Shown here: positions 26,570 through 38,355 of the stretch, one piece after another
Layout of the letters: each line of letters begins with the position of its first letter
Position numbering within the stretch: the stretch's first letter is position 1
DNA from: Sarea resinae
Lineage: Eukaryota
Assembly: GCA_026026165.1 (NCBI GenBank)
Contig: JAPEUD010000006.1
Location: 186,001 to 250,000 of the forward strand
DNA length: 64,000 nucleotides
Reading direction: 5' to 3'
Program-made: the position numbers and the translations under genes
Notes under the pieces: generated by a model
Database searches by the model: none
What the model was told of the DNA's origin: nothing
What the model saw: the letters and a program-made list of their open reading frames with translations, nothing else

Positions 26570-29500
26570 AATGAACAGTATGAGAGGATGAGGCTCTCGC
26601 GTTTTCAAGGCGCAAAAGACGAGAAAATTAACCCGAAAGTAAAATGCCAGCGATACTGAGCGGAACGAGAGGACAGCGTCGCTGATATAAGAGCATCATG
26701 AAGCCGTGGCTGAAGCCTTCGACTGTGCCATCTAGACGGACCAGTCTATCCTGGTTCTTCATTGCAGATACGGATGGAACAGCTCTTTGCTGTGCAACCA
26801 TCGCGAGGGCATGGCGCTGGGGCCTCACATATAATGTCAGTGTGCTTAGGGCATATCTCATTATCGGCCAGTAGGAACATTGCTAAAGCACGTGCAGGTG
26901 ACCTGCATAACATGAAATCATTCTGGGTACCGGGCCAGGAGTGGATGACGATTAATTACACGAATCGGCGATTGGTCTGCCATGTGGTGAGCTGCAAGGT
27001 CTGTATCCCTGGGCCATGGTCCGAAGGACAGATGCAAGATGTCGACAGGCTACTGGGACATGATCTACGCCTTAATTGGGAGTAAAAACTCCGGGTACTC
27101 ATTCTTCCCGCCCTGGTTGTTCTGCGGGAGTGCTCATCGCGATCTCCAAATGCCAATCGAATGGGAGATCATTCATCGACGAGCTGAGAAGAAATGCGCG
27201 CAAGACGGGGCGTGCTCCCGGCACCTCTCGGCACGTCGTCTTACAATCGCTGGAGAGATCTCTGATCCTGTCACCATTTTTTTGCGGATGCGGCGGGTTC
27301 ATTCGTACGTACGAAAATAAGCTTTCACCATCAAGCAAGGATCAAACCGGGATATGCGCCTAAGTGTGTATCTGATGCATTGCAGTACGATATCGAGAGT
27401 CAGTTGCCCAGCAACTTCTTAACGGTCAAGGTTGCACAGGCTATCTGAGCACTATCCGCTCTTTTTAGAATTGGCGCGGGCCGAGGAGACGATGGATTAT
27501 CGGAAATGATCATTGGGGACGATGGATCGACGATGTTATTATCAGTATCACGATTCAGGACGTCTGGACAAGTCTTCACTCAATCCACGATACGACAAGG
27601 TCAGGGGTCCATGTAAAACTTGGTACTCGAGTAGGCTAATCCCCAGTTCATCCGATCGACCGGGTTGTGGGAACAAGCACCGGCCGGACCCTTGGGGCGC
27701 ACTCGGGCCCCTCGGCCAGACCCTTCGCCTAGTCAGTTAATCTGGGCCCTATTCCATTTTGTCATATTATGGTCGCCTGGTCTCGGAACCAACAACTTCG
27801 ATGCATATTGATGGCTTTTTCCTTGTTCTGAAAACGAGCTGCGTCGTTTCCTTCGACAGTGTTTCACAGGTTCAAATTACCACGACCATTGACTGCCCTC
27901 ATCTCTCATTCTTGTGTTTTTCCATGTCTGGACTGCACTTTTCCTGGCTCCAGCCGCGGTGGCGCTTTTTGCGACCATTGCTAATTGGCTGTGGGCTCGG
28001 TAGCAAATGCCTCGCAAAGGCATCGCAATCCTACCTCTCTGCCAGTCACAACAGGAATTGAAGCAAGTACCCTGCAGCCACCGAACGTGGCTCTCCACAC
28101 AGACATGTTTTCCTCGGGTCCACTGCCACATACTCGTGTCGCATAGCCTCGTTTTGTCCTCATTCCTACCGCCGCGGTCTCCACGTCCCAACCAGAGTCT
28201 CGTTCGCTCCCATCCGAGCCACGCGTTGGGTGAGCCATGGCGGTGCCAGATAGAGCACCGCGCATAGGGCCACCAGACCATGTCAGACCATATTCTCAGC
28301 CCTGACGGATTCCAGTGTCTTGAATTCGGAGCAGGCGGCAGTGGCGTCTCGACGGCCACGTGTTTCTCGCGTTTGCACACTTGCAGGTTCGCTGCGCGCT
28401 GACGCCCTTGCATGAGGAGTTGGAGAACAGTTCTAGAAGCGTTCGAGAATGGCTATCGTGCGTGCGTTGGTGTACGACCATTTTCTATTATCTGCTGTTG
28501 CTGGCCGGTGCTGCTGCGCATGACATTATTGCAACCCCACTGCTCTCTGGGTCCTCTCTCCGGGTCCCATTCCCGGATCCAGGCTATGACGGGCCGGAGC
28601 TGCTTTTTGGTGCTGTCGTGTCTCGAACCATGAATGGAGTGGGCAGGAGGAGCGAGCAGATCTGGCGATCCGATGCAGCAGTACCCCACGAGCCTCGCGA
28701 ACAATCTCCCCGGCGTCGGGAACATGAGCCGGGTATTGCTTCAGTCCTTTGCTTCATCGGTGTTACCAGCTAGCAGCCTTTTCTCTGCACGCGATTCAGG
28801 CTTCGAAGTCAATTCTGGATTCTAGTACCACAAAAGACAGATACACGGACATGCCGAGATGCTCGATATGCGTGCGTCGTTCCGCCTTGTGGTTTGACGG
28901 CGATTTTGCATTTGTCGGTTTCCGGTTGCCGGGTGAGGGGGCGATTCTCGGTAGTTCTGCGCTCTTCCGACCCTTTCTCCTTGTGTTCTTCTGCCGATGC
29001 TGCTTATTCCCTTGATATCGTCACTCTTGTAGCCAAGCATTCTTCGGTCAAGCAGCCAAGATGATGCCTCATGCCTTGAACTGGGCGTTTTCCGCCTCCT
29101 GTTGTGTTCTTTTGACGGCTATGTCCGTCGCCTCCGCCTTTCCCATCTTTCGATCCGTTTTCAAAACTCAGTACTGCGATCTCACGTTCCCAGAAGGGTC
29201 GCACTATCCACCACCTCACCACTACCGCCACTCCTGCGCCAAGCGTGCCCCTCTATCCCATTACGACGGGCCAGACGTTAACGCGCGTATCCCCCACCCA
29301 GCATGAGGATTGTGGTTATCTCCGGCTATTCCCGTCCGTCGAGAGCTAAGTAAGCTGGCCTCAGCATCCTGCAACTCAATCCTCTTTTCATGTCGTGCAT
29401 CTAAATTGTTGTGTTTCTCCTAGATGTCGTCTTATTGTCCCATGACTAATCATTTCACGATTGAGCCTATACACTGTGTGCGTGTATTGTCCGTGTTCGA

Positions 29501-30699
29501 TTATATTTACTATCTAAAGATGCTAGTCTGACTGCGGTGCTGGCTACTGTTCCTTTGCTCTATCTAGCCTACCGCCTTGTTTCCCCCAAGCATTGCTTCT
29601 CCTTTCCTAATTATTGCTGCGATCACCTCTGCGCATCCTTCTAGCAAGCTTTCCATCGGCCTTTGCAAATGTGCCCATCTCCACCTTTCCTCCTTCGTAG
29701 AATGGCCCAACCATTCTTTCTGGCTACGGCTGATGGCATTCCTCATCATCATCTGGTCGCTCGCGTTCAAGGTTTGGCGCCAACTATTCTCTCCCTCGAT
29801 GCCACCTAGTCGCATTCGTCTATCATTCTTTCACCCCGCAATGAACCAACAAGTCTCGCCGGTCGTACGCCTTGGTTTCGTGGGCGATCTGTTGGGCCTC
29901 TAAGCCCGGGGTTTTCTGCGGCCTTATTCATATCATCCAGGACCGGAGCCTTTACGTTGGGATATTTGTTAGGACGAACGCCAACCGCAATTTGTACCGG
30001 CGTCTCGTCTCCCATTCCTCCTCCTCCTCCTCCTCCTCCTCCTCCTCCTTCTGCTCCTTCTTGGCCTTTGCGGCCACTTGCTGCTAGTCCACGGCTGCTG
30101 TCCCCTGGAAGATTACATCTGAGGAATCCGACTTTTCAGCCAGGCTTTCCAAGATCTAATTCTCAGCTAAACAATCAGCGTATTCGATGAGAAGACGAGT
30201 CTCTAGAAAGCCGCACACGCAGCTGCGCAGCGCCTCGCACAGCCGTCCTAGGCTGCAGAAATCGTCCGTCCGTCCGTTTCTTACGTTCTCGATACCTACG
30301 GCCGGCCCTCTTGTCGCGCTCCCATCCCATCTTGGCCTTCGCGGCGACACACACACAGTTCAACCACGGCGCGGATATGCCCTTCGAGTCTTCAGTCTCC
30401 GGCGCCGTGATCATGCATATATGCGTTTCTCTGACCAGAATCCGAAACCGCGCGGGTATGGTATAATAGAACGACCTCTCCCTCGTGCATCTCGTGCATC
30501 TTGTAAGTGTTGGGCAATAAACCATGATCGACCGCATGATCCGTACGTTTTCTCTTTCGGTCCTTTTTCGTTCTGGCCCGACAACTCTCTATATTAACTT
30601 ATCACCCAGCTATCTTCTTCCCGGAAGTAATTTCAATCTCGTGGAGAGATTTCGGCTATAGGGCCATCTAGATATCTATATAGCTTACCTCAGCTGTTG

Positions 30700-31450
30700 A
30701 TTTCCCATCTACCCTACCCGGTGCTACTGACCCGGTTGAAAAGAAGGGCATGTGTGCTTCTAGACTACAGCTAGCAATGGAATGGATTTAGGGAATAGAT
30801 CTATCAAGGCCCCGTAAGAATAATTATCCACCAAGACATGATGCGTCAGCGAAGGAGATGTGGGAGAAATTAGAGAAACGATATACACATGTATCGCTCG
30901 CTGTTCGAGGCGACCTGATCCGGGAATTCATCCATCTCCACTATCGGGACTGCGTCGATGCCGCCGATTTTTGTCACAAGTTCAGCAGCCTAGTCTTCCG
31001 CCTCAAGAGAACTGGGTGGAAGGAGGATCATTGCAACGTATGCTTGCTGTTCCTAGCCAAGTTGTTCAGTTCCTTTGAGGCATGGCAAATCGTGAAACGA
31101 CACACCGAAAGTTTTGAGACGTTGAATCTGAATCGCCTCATGCGCGAACTCGAAGACGAAGCGCGCTACATCGAGTCAACTCGACCAGTTACCTTCTCTG
31201 GCGAGGCACGCACGAAGAAGGCAGCCAAGAAGAACAGCCCAGCCCGCCGGTCGCGCTATCAGGTCAAGAAGACCTGCTCACACTGCCGCAAGAACGGCCA
31301 CGTGGAGGCAAATCGCTGGATGAAGCATCCCCAAAAGAGGCCTGCTTAGTTCCGAGACGCAAGCAATGCTGCGAAAGCTCCTGACCAGGCCGGGTTCGCT
31401 GCGAGTACTGAGCCACACGGCCCAGTCCAAAGTGACAATATTCCTGTTCC
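30700..31450 (+). mobile_element. Ty1/Copia-type gag relic without pol
   Basis: SAKEMWEKLEKRY...LLFLAKL..SFEAW...LEDEARY is typical of Copia gag. Degenerate zinc knuckle CSHCRKNGHVEANRW..HP. Upstream part is broken by stops and frameshifts. Confidence 0.75.
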
Positions 31451-31849
31451 GAGCTATCGTATTAGAGTAATGTCCAGAGCAAAGGAAGGTCGGAGGTCCC
31501 TGCTGCGGAGGCGAGATTCCCCGCTTAAGATGGAGCGACATTCTTGTTTCCAAGCTTGCAGCAGGCATGGGGGATCAATCAACCGGCCAGAGGGAGGTCG
31601 TACGTAGTATGCCTCTCATACCATGGAACAAGCTTGCGGTGGCCATGAAATCGGCGTTTGGCACCGAACGAGCTCTCTGTCCCCATTTCCAGAGCTCACA
31701 GCAGCCGCAGTCATACGTTGGCTGTGTAGCTCCGACCTCTCCGCTTTATAAGAGTAGCCATGTTATGTTTCTTCTCTCCCCTCATGCCATTCTCCCAGCT
31801 AGCGGGCGCTCGACTCGACTGTGCTCTAGACTCAGGCTTTAACTCCGAG

Positions 31850-32660
31850 TTCCTAGGGGTGATCAGACTAGTTCTCCATCTGGCATTCTAGCTACTTTAC
31901 CTAGCTATATATTGCCGACAATAACATTGTTGTCTGGGACATATGCCTAGCGTACAATTTCAAGTAGCTTATCAAGCATCAAGCAGTCAGCGTAGCCACG
32001 ACGGCATCAGACAGCCCTAGTGATATATCTTAGCTAGTCAGACAGACAGACGGACAGTGGCACAGACAGTGAAACAGACAGGTAGTAGTCGATAGCCGAT
32101 AGTCGATAGTCTTCAACATCTCAGTCCTTTTCGACGTTCCACAGTAGTCCGGACACTTTAATCTTTCTCCTTTCTGTGATCATCAAGGGCCGTGGAAAGA
32201 GAGATTCGGATCCACCGCCACCCTAAAGAGAATTAAAGAAGAGGACAAGCTCACTATCTAGGTCTAGAAGATATCTATATACTAACCTACCTACCTTACT
32301 CTTTACATAACAAACAAACAAATAAGGAAGAATATATATCTAAAATAGATGACTTGCTCTTATTTAATTACCTGATATAGTGGATAGCTTTATAAGCTAT
32401 ATAGATACATAGGTAGAATACATATATACCTAATCAGCAAGGATACTATAGCATCTTACATCTTACATCTTACATCTTACTCTAGGTAATTAATTTACCT
32501 TAGCTTACCCCTTACCTAGGTAGGTAAAAGCAGAGCCAAGGTAGTAGCACCGACCTTTCTTCTATACCTAGGTAGGTAGGTAGTCTCAAGGTACACCGGC
32601 TAACTCAATAAGAGGCTAGTCTTGTTTATCAAGACCCTTCTCTGATTTTCTATTTATTTA
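31850..32660. repeat. AT/TpA-rich degenerate repeat tract (RIP-like)
   Basis: No ORF of 60 aa or more. Dense TA/CTAG/TATA, far more AT-rich than the flanks. Includes (CATCTTA)4 at about 32452-32480 and TAGG runs. Adjacent to the gag relic. Confidence 0.6.
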
Positions 32661-32901
32661 TTTTCCGACTTGACTTTCCGTACGTGTTTTGATTTCAGAG
32701 AAAAAAGGACCGACCAGCCCCCAAAAGACGGTTTGGTTTGAGATTTCATTACCAATTTTTTTTTGGCAGATTCCACCCCATTTTGGCGCCCAAAGTAAGT
32801 TCGCATAAAAACAGTCATGTTCCCCGTATCCATTATCGATCATTACTACTCTGGCATCCCGGACTCGTCCCGAAATTCGGAGCGTCGCGTTCTCGTGTTT
32901 T

Positions 32902-34646
32902 CTACACCAGCGGCGCGCCATTCGTGATATTCCCCGGCGGCCGGCTGGGATAGTCCCCATTGCAGGCGTAGTCAAAGTTGGCGAGGGCGACCGAGTCGGC
33001 CTGGCTGGCGATGAAGGCGTTGATCTCGCACCAGCCGTCCGTGCGCAGGCCGCACGGCGGCAGGCTCCAGCCGAGGGGGATGGTACGCTGGTTCATGACG
33101 AAGTGGACGTAGGTGGTGGGGGGGCTGGAGAGGTCGTAGACGGGGGAGGAGGTGGCGGTGCGGTTGGAGAACACGGCGTGCGGGGCGTGGATGATCTCGA
33201 TGTCGAGACGCGCGCCAAAGGGCTCGAGGTGGCTCACCGTTAGATTGCGGGGCACGATCCGGGTCGGGGGCAGGTATTGCGCGAACTGCGTGAGGCCGAA
33301 TGCCGTGAGGATCGACATGATGTTCGTGTCGTGGGAAAAGTCAAAGTAGAGGGCTTGGTTGAGCGGGAAGGTGGCCGTGCTGTTGTCCAACGTTGCGTTG
33401 TTCGAGGTCGCGTTGATGGGGGCCGGCAGCACATTTTGCAGGCGGGCGAGCACTTCCTGCACGTAGCCTATTCCAATCGCACGTCCCGTTGGGGAGCCAA
33501 AGGAGTCGGAGCCGTAAAAGGAGAGGTCGTTGGAGTACTCGAACCCTTCCCATTCGGCGTAGGTAAAGAGGTCGCAGAAGGCCGAGTAGCCCAGCGCAAC
33601 GGTTTCGTAGGGACACAGCGTCTGTGCGGCGTACGTGTCCGTGAGCGTCCAGTTATAGCCCGATACGAGGGCGCCGAGACGCGCGGTGGCATTGGCGAGG
33701 TAGATGGCCTCCCAGGTGGCCGTCGCGTTGGAGCCACCGGCCGACACGTACGTGTTGGAGTTGTTGCAGTTGTCATAGCCGGCAAGGCTGTTGTTGAAGC
33801 CGTCGGCTTCGATGATGACTTCCAGAGTGGCATTGTCGGTCCAGCCGAGGCCGAAGAAGCCGGCCATGAAGTTTTCGGCGCTGTGCAGCATACGGTCTTC
33901 AGTTGTCGTGCGGGCGATGATCTTGGAGCTGGTGTTGTAGAGGTGCCCGTATTGGTAGTAGTGGAGGATGCCTGAATTGAGAAGTCTGGAGTCATAGATT
34001 AGCTACCTGATATGCTCCTCGAATCAAATCCTAGACTACGCACTCGCCACGGCCGACAGGCACGAGGATCTCGGCGCCAAGTTGAAACTTCCAGTCGTTC
34101 AAGAACGAGAGCGCCCCCGTCGCATTCAAAGAACCCGCGGCCTTGGCGATGCGCTTTCCAAACTTGGCCACACTGCTGTCTGACGTGGGGTATCTGCTTC
34201 CGTGCCGATGAAGCATTTGAACCTGGGAGATGTTGGCGCCAGCAGGCAGGGGGTATTCATCGACGCCGAACCCGACGGGGTTTGGAAAGTAAGGACTGAG
34301 GTTGGCCATCAACTGAAAGATGCTCGCGTTGTTGGTGTTTCCCACGATGGGCTCGGCCGTCTCTAGTGGAGCATTGGCCACGAAGACCGGGGATCCAAAA
34401 GGCGCTGGGTTCGACTGCGCCAGGAATGGAGCGACGCCGGTAGGTGTTGGTCCTTGACTGTCATCAATTGCGGTCTCCACAGCAGAAGGCAAACATACCA
34501 GCAAAGATCTCAGGTGTGGTCTGAAAATAGTCCGGGACCGTCGTGGGGCTGCTGCTGGTGGTCGAGGTCGAGGTCGCTCTTTTATCCATGTAGGCTGCTC
34601 GTGCGCAGCCGGCAATGGCCAGCAGAAGAAGCTGAGGCCGTGTCAT
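32902..34646 (-). CDS. Secreted histidine acid phosphatase / 3-phytase
   Basis: Signal peptide MTRPQLLLLAIAGCARA, catalytic RHGSRYP and FSHDTN motifs, many N-x-S/T sequons. Introns at about 34498-34454 and 34045-33986. Confidence 0.92.
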
Positions 34647-35875
34647 GGCGGCGAAGCTCTCGAGGAATACGACGCAGCAGACGGCGGACAGCAGACAGCA
34701 GACAGCAGACAGCACAAAGCAACCAACGAAGGGATTCCAATTCACGCCGTCACGAGCAAACGAGAGAGACCTGAGCAATAGCAACTCGACTGAAATTGAA
34801 GCTGAAGCTCAGGCTATATACATCCAGTGCAGTCTGCACATGGACGTGTTGTGCGTGCATGATGATCCAGGTCCTGCTAGCCTTTCCCATCATCGAACTC
34901 TGCTCCGGACCTTCCTTCTTCTGCAGGTGCGTATCAGGGAGCAAGGAGCAAGGAGCCAGAAGCCAGGAGCAAGCATAGACGGAATTGACGCAGCGTGTGC
35001 CCTTATCAGGGCGATGATAGGTCGGCACCAAGTCAGAGGCCGCCCTGCTCATCCGATCATTTCGGCCTGTTCCTGACTGAAGCCTTTCTGGTTCTCCGGC
35101 TGCTCGCTACAGACCAATGGCATGCCAGAGAGGGACGCGTGGGGGAGGGCGGAGAGGATGGTCGATCGAGGTACTCCGGAGTAGAGCGGGAGGGGGCGCG
35201 GACGGCGAAGGGCGGGCACCATGGAGACCGGTCGATACTTCGGGCACGGTACAGAGTAGTCAGCATCGTAGGTACCTACTTCGTACTACCTCCCTGGGTA
35301 AGGTAGGTCGCCCGCGGCCTGAATCATCCTTTCCGCTTCCCTGGGTTGTCACTATCTCCCCGCCGCCTTCCCGCTCCCTCGGGGCTATGACAGACTGAGG
35401 TAGCCGCATCCTCTTGCACGGGCACCCACGTGCAGCGACCGACAAGAGGATTGGCGTTGAGCGATATGTAACTACGCCACATCGCTATTTCCTTCAAGTA
35501 CTCATCGTATTCTTGCAGGTCAGGGCCAAGGCGGGGATCAGATGGGATCGATTGGGAATGTGAGACTCTGGTGTTCATGGCTCTCCGACCGCCATCTTGG
35601 TCGGGTGGAAATCATGTTGGGCTTCTCCACGGCTCAGCCCGGATGCACTCTTAGATCATTACAGTCTTCTCCAACGCGCCATCCATGGTCACTACGTTGC
35701 CCCAGCTCTGCAAGAGATATGAAAGGCGAGCGATTGGTGAGTCTCATCGATGATTTAGGTACAAATATAGTCAAACCTCCTGGGGAATCTCGAGCATCAA
35801 ACAAGTCCGTGGCTCTGCCAAGATACTCAGAATTAAACGCCATCTTCCGGTGGCATCGGAAGAAGTAAGAACTTC

Positions 35876-38355
35876 TCAGCACTCATCGTTGCTTATATTC
35901 CCATCATCAAAGTCGACTTCCCCATAACCCTCATCATCGTAATCAGGATAGTCGCCATACTTTCGACCGATAGGAGAAGGACTCCCGAATGAGCTTTCGT
36001 GAGATGCCGCCAGACCAGGACGAGAACCAGGTTCGGGGCTCGGACTCAAACGTCGAGCCTGCATCATGACCTGTCTCTGCGTGAGAGACTGAATCTCGCC
36101 CTCAGCATCCAGTGGCAGGAAGAGATGCTCATGCGGAGGCTTGATCTCGTGGATAGCATGCCTGCTGATCAATGGACTCGTGAAGAGAACTTTCAAGACA
36201 ACATCGACGTCCTTGTCATCGGCTAGCTCTCGAAGCTTCCGAACTACGAAGCAGAGCTGGGCCTGCCAGCGTGTATGCTCGTACCATGAAATGCCATCGA
36301 TGACGCAGAATAGGACTGTACCGACGGCCAATTGCTTGGCTAGGTCCTTGAATAGCTGACACAGATGGTCAATCTCATGGCTCAGAATCTGCTCCTGCTG
36401 TCGCCGATGCTTGAGAAAGGACAGGTCAAAGTCCCTCAGGAAGAGGAGCTGTACAATAAGGCTTCTGACGAGTCCAGACGGGCTGCCCAGAGGATCTTCT
36501 GCCTCCGTGTGAAGGCCGCAGAAGAAGTGAATAGCAATGACGGGTTCTAAAGCTGATAGACTGTGGACCAGAGTCGCGCTCAATAATGACATAGGTGTAC
36601 ACCGTGCCAGTCCGTCGGAATCGGGTTCACCGTCGACTAGAAGCAGCTGAGGCTTCCGTGACTGAAACCACTCTTGAAATTTGGGTCGTCGTATGACCCA
36701 TTCGGCTCGACCTTGAGCCTGAGGTTTCATATCCCTCCCGCGCTTCAGTGATACCTCGATATCATGGACGGACGCTTCTGGGACAACCCCGAGGAGCTCG
36801 ATGAGCTGCTCTCGCGTGATAGAAGGTTTTTGAACGCTGTTGGACGACCCAATGCGTTTTAACTCTGTCTTCATTGACTCAATTTCTTTAAACCCTGGGC
36901 TGTATTAGTATTGAGAAGTGACTGGATGGGCAATACTGACAGAGGGCACTGAGAGTTTGATCATTGAAGAGGTTAAGAAGGTGGTTGAGGCCATCCAGTG
37001 ACGTTTGCATTGAACTCGTGGTGTTCACCACGGTGGATACGTCAGAGCGCATTCCCCGCATATCCTGCTCCATGTTTTGTACCACGAATTGGGTTCCGGC
37101 TGTATTAGCTTGAATATTGTCAACGCCGATTTCCATGTTCCCGAAGCCTGTCACTAGAGTCCCGACAGCTGATTCTGTTCTACCCACGGCAGATTCTGTT
37201 CTTCCCATTGAGGACTCGGTCCTGTTCACGGCAGATTCTGTTCGACTCATTGCGGATTCCGTCCGATTCACGGCCAATTCTGCCCTGCCAACTGCCGTTG
37301 CGGTCCTTCCTACAACATTTTCTGTCCTATCTGCAATGGCTTCTGTCCGCAGAGAGGAGGAGAAATGCAGGTATCTGATGTGGCCTTCCAGATCGTTGAC
37401 TTTCTTGTCAACCAAGGCGATCTTGGCCTCCAATGGCTGTGCATACAGCGGGCCCTTGACTAATGCCTTGATCTCTCTCCCTAAAGACGCTGAGCAAATT
37501 GCCAGGGCATACAAGACTCGAGGTTTGCTTACAACCGTCCCGCTCGACCAGCCACTTGATCATCCCTTCAATCGCACAGAGAATTGCCAGATATAGATCC
37601 TTGACCATCTCCCCCAGCTTGTCGTCCGATGGGCATTTCTCTCGGTAACGCTGGGCCTTGTCAATGATGCTGGGGACCCGTCCCAATGCATCTAGAATCT
37701 CCCCCCTCTTCTCGCTCACGGCAGTTGCGGCCTATCCTAGTTCAGCATGCGGCTATGGGCTAATGATATGGGTAGATGCTCACGGACCCCAAATATGAGC
37801 TTTAAACCCCCGCATAGCACAGATCCATAGTCCCCATCCGGAAGAAGTTTCAGCCATGGTGCGATGGCTGAGCCATATTCTCCCGTCACTCTAATCGCCT
37901 TCTTTCCAAAACCCATGACGCCCTTGGCCTCTTCATTGTATTTCTGCTCAGCATCTTTTGCTTCTCGGATCACATCATCCCATGTATATTTCTTGGAGAT
38001 ATCGAAGCTACCTCTCATCTTTGGCTTAGCCCTCTTCTGAAAGATGGCCATGACCTCGAGAAATTCATCTGTATGGGTACGCAAGCTGGGGTCACTGGGC
38101 AGATAAGCATGTTTCTGGGGTTCCTCGAGTTCCGTACAATCTTGGAATCCCCTCAGCTGTCGCTAAACGTGCAGAGGATTAAGCAAGAACTTACTCCAGA
38201 GGATCCTTCATCACGAATTCAGCTCGTTGATTGTCGTATCGCGCCGGAATATTGAGAGCTGGATGAACGCGTGCCGCATTTTCCGACAGCCATGCCGGAG
38301 CCAGCTCCTGGTAGTTGTCTCGGGAGACATGAGATGGTCGTGGAATAGCCGACAT
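35876..38355 (-). CDS. NACHT/NPHP3-N-like P-loop protein with degenerate Walker A, helical N-domain and coiled-coil repeats
   Basis: Multi-exon; first intron acceptor uncertain. WLKLLPDGDYGSVLCGGLKLIF N-domain; FQEWF..LLLVDG, IHFFCGLH, LVRSLIVQL, VLFCVIDGISWYE, KVLFTSP follow the fungal NACHT layout. No C-terminal repeat domain. Confidence 0.75.
37160..37350 (-). repeat. Coding 21-bp tandem repeat (about 9 RTESAVG-like heptads)
   Basis: RTEAIAD RTENVVG RTATAVG RAELAVN RTESAMS RTESAVN RTESSMG RTESAVG RTESAVG; GCAGATTCTGTTC recurs in the DNA. Confidence 0.85.

Noticed and set aside
28360..28773. YDGPELLFGA resembling a kinase APE motif
   Set aside because: No other kinase subdomains in register; likely chance.
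32452..32480. (CATCTTA)4 and TAGG runs as telomeric repeats
   Set aside because: Not TTAGGG, short, internal, and in mixed orientation.
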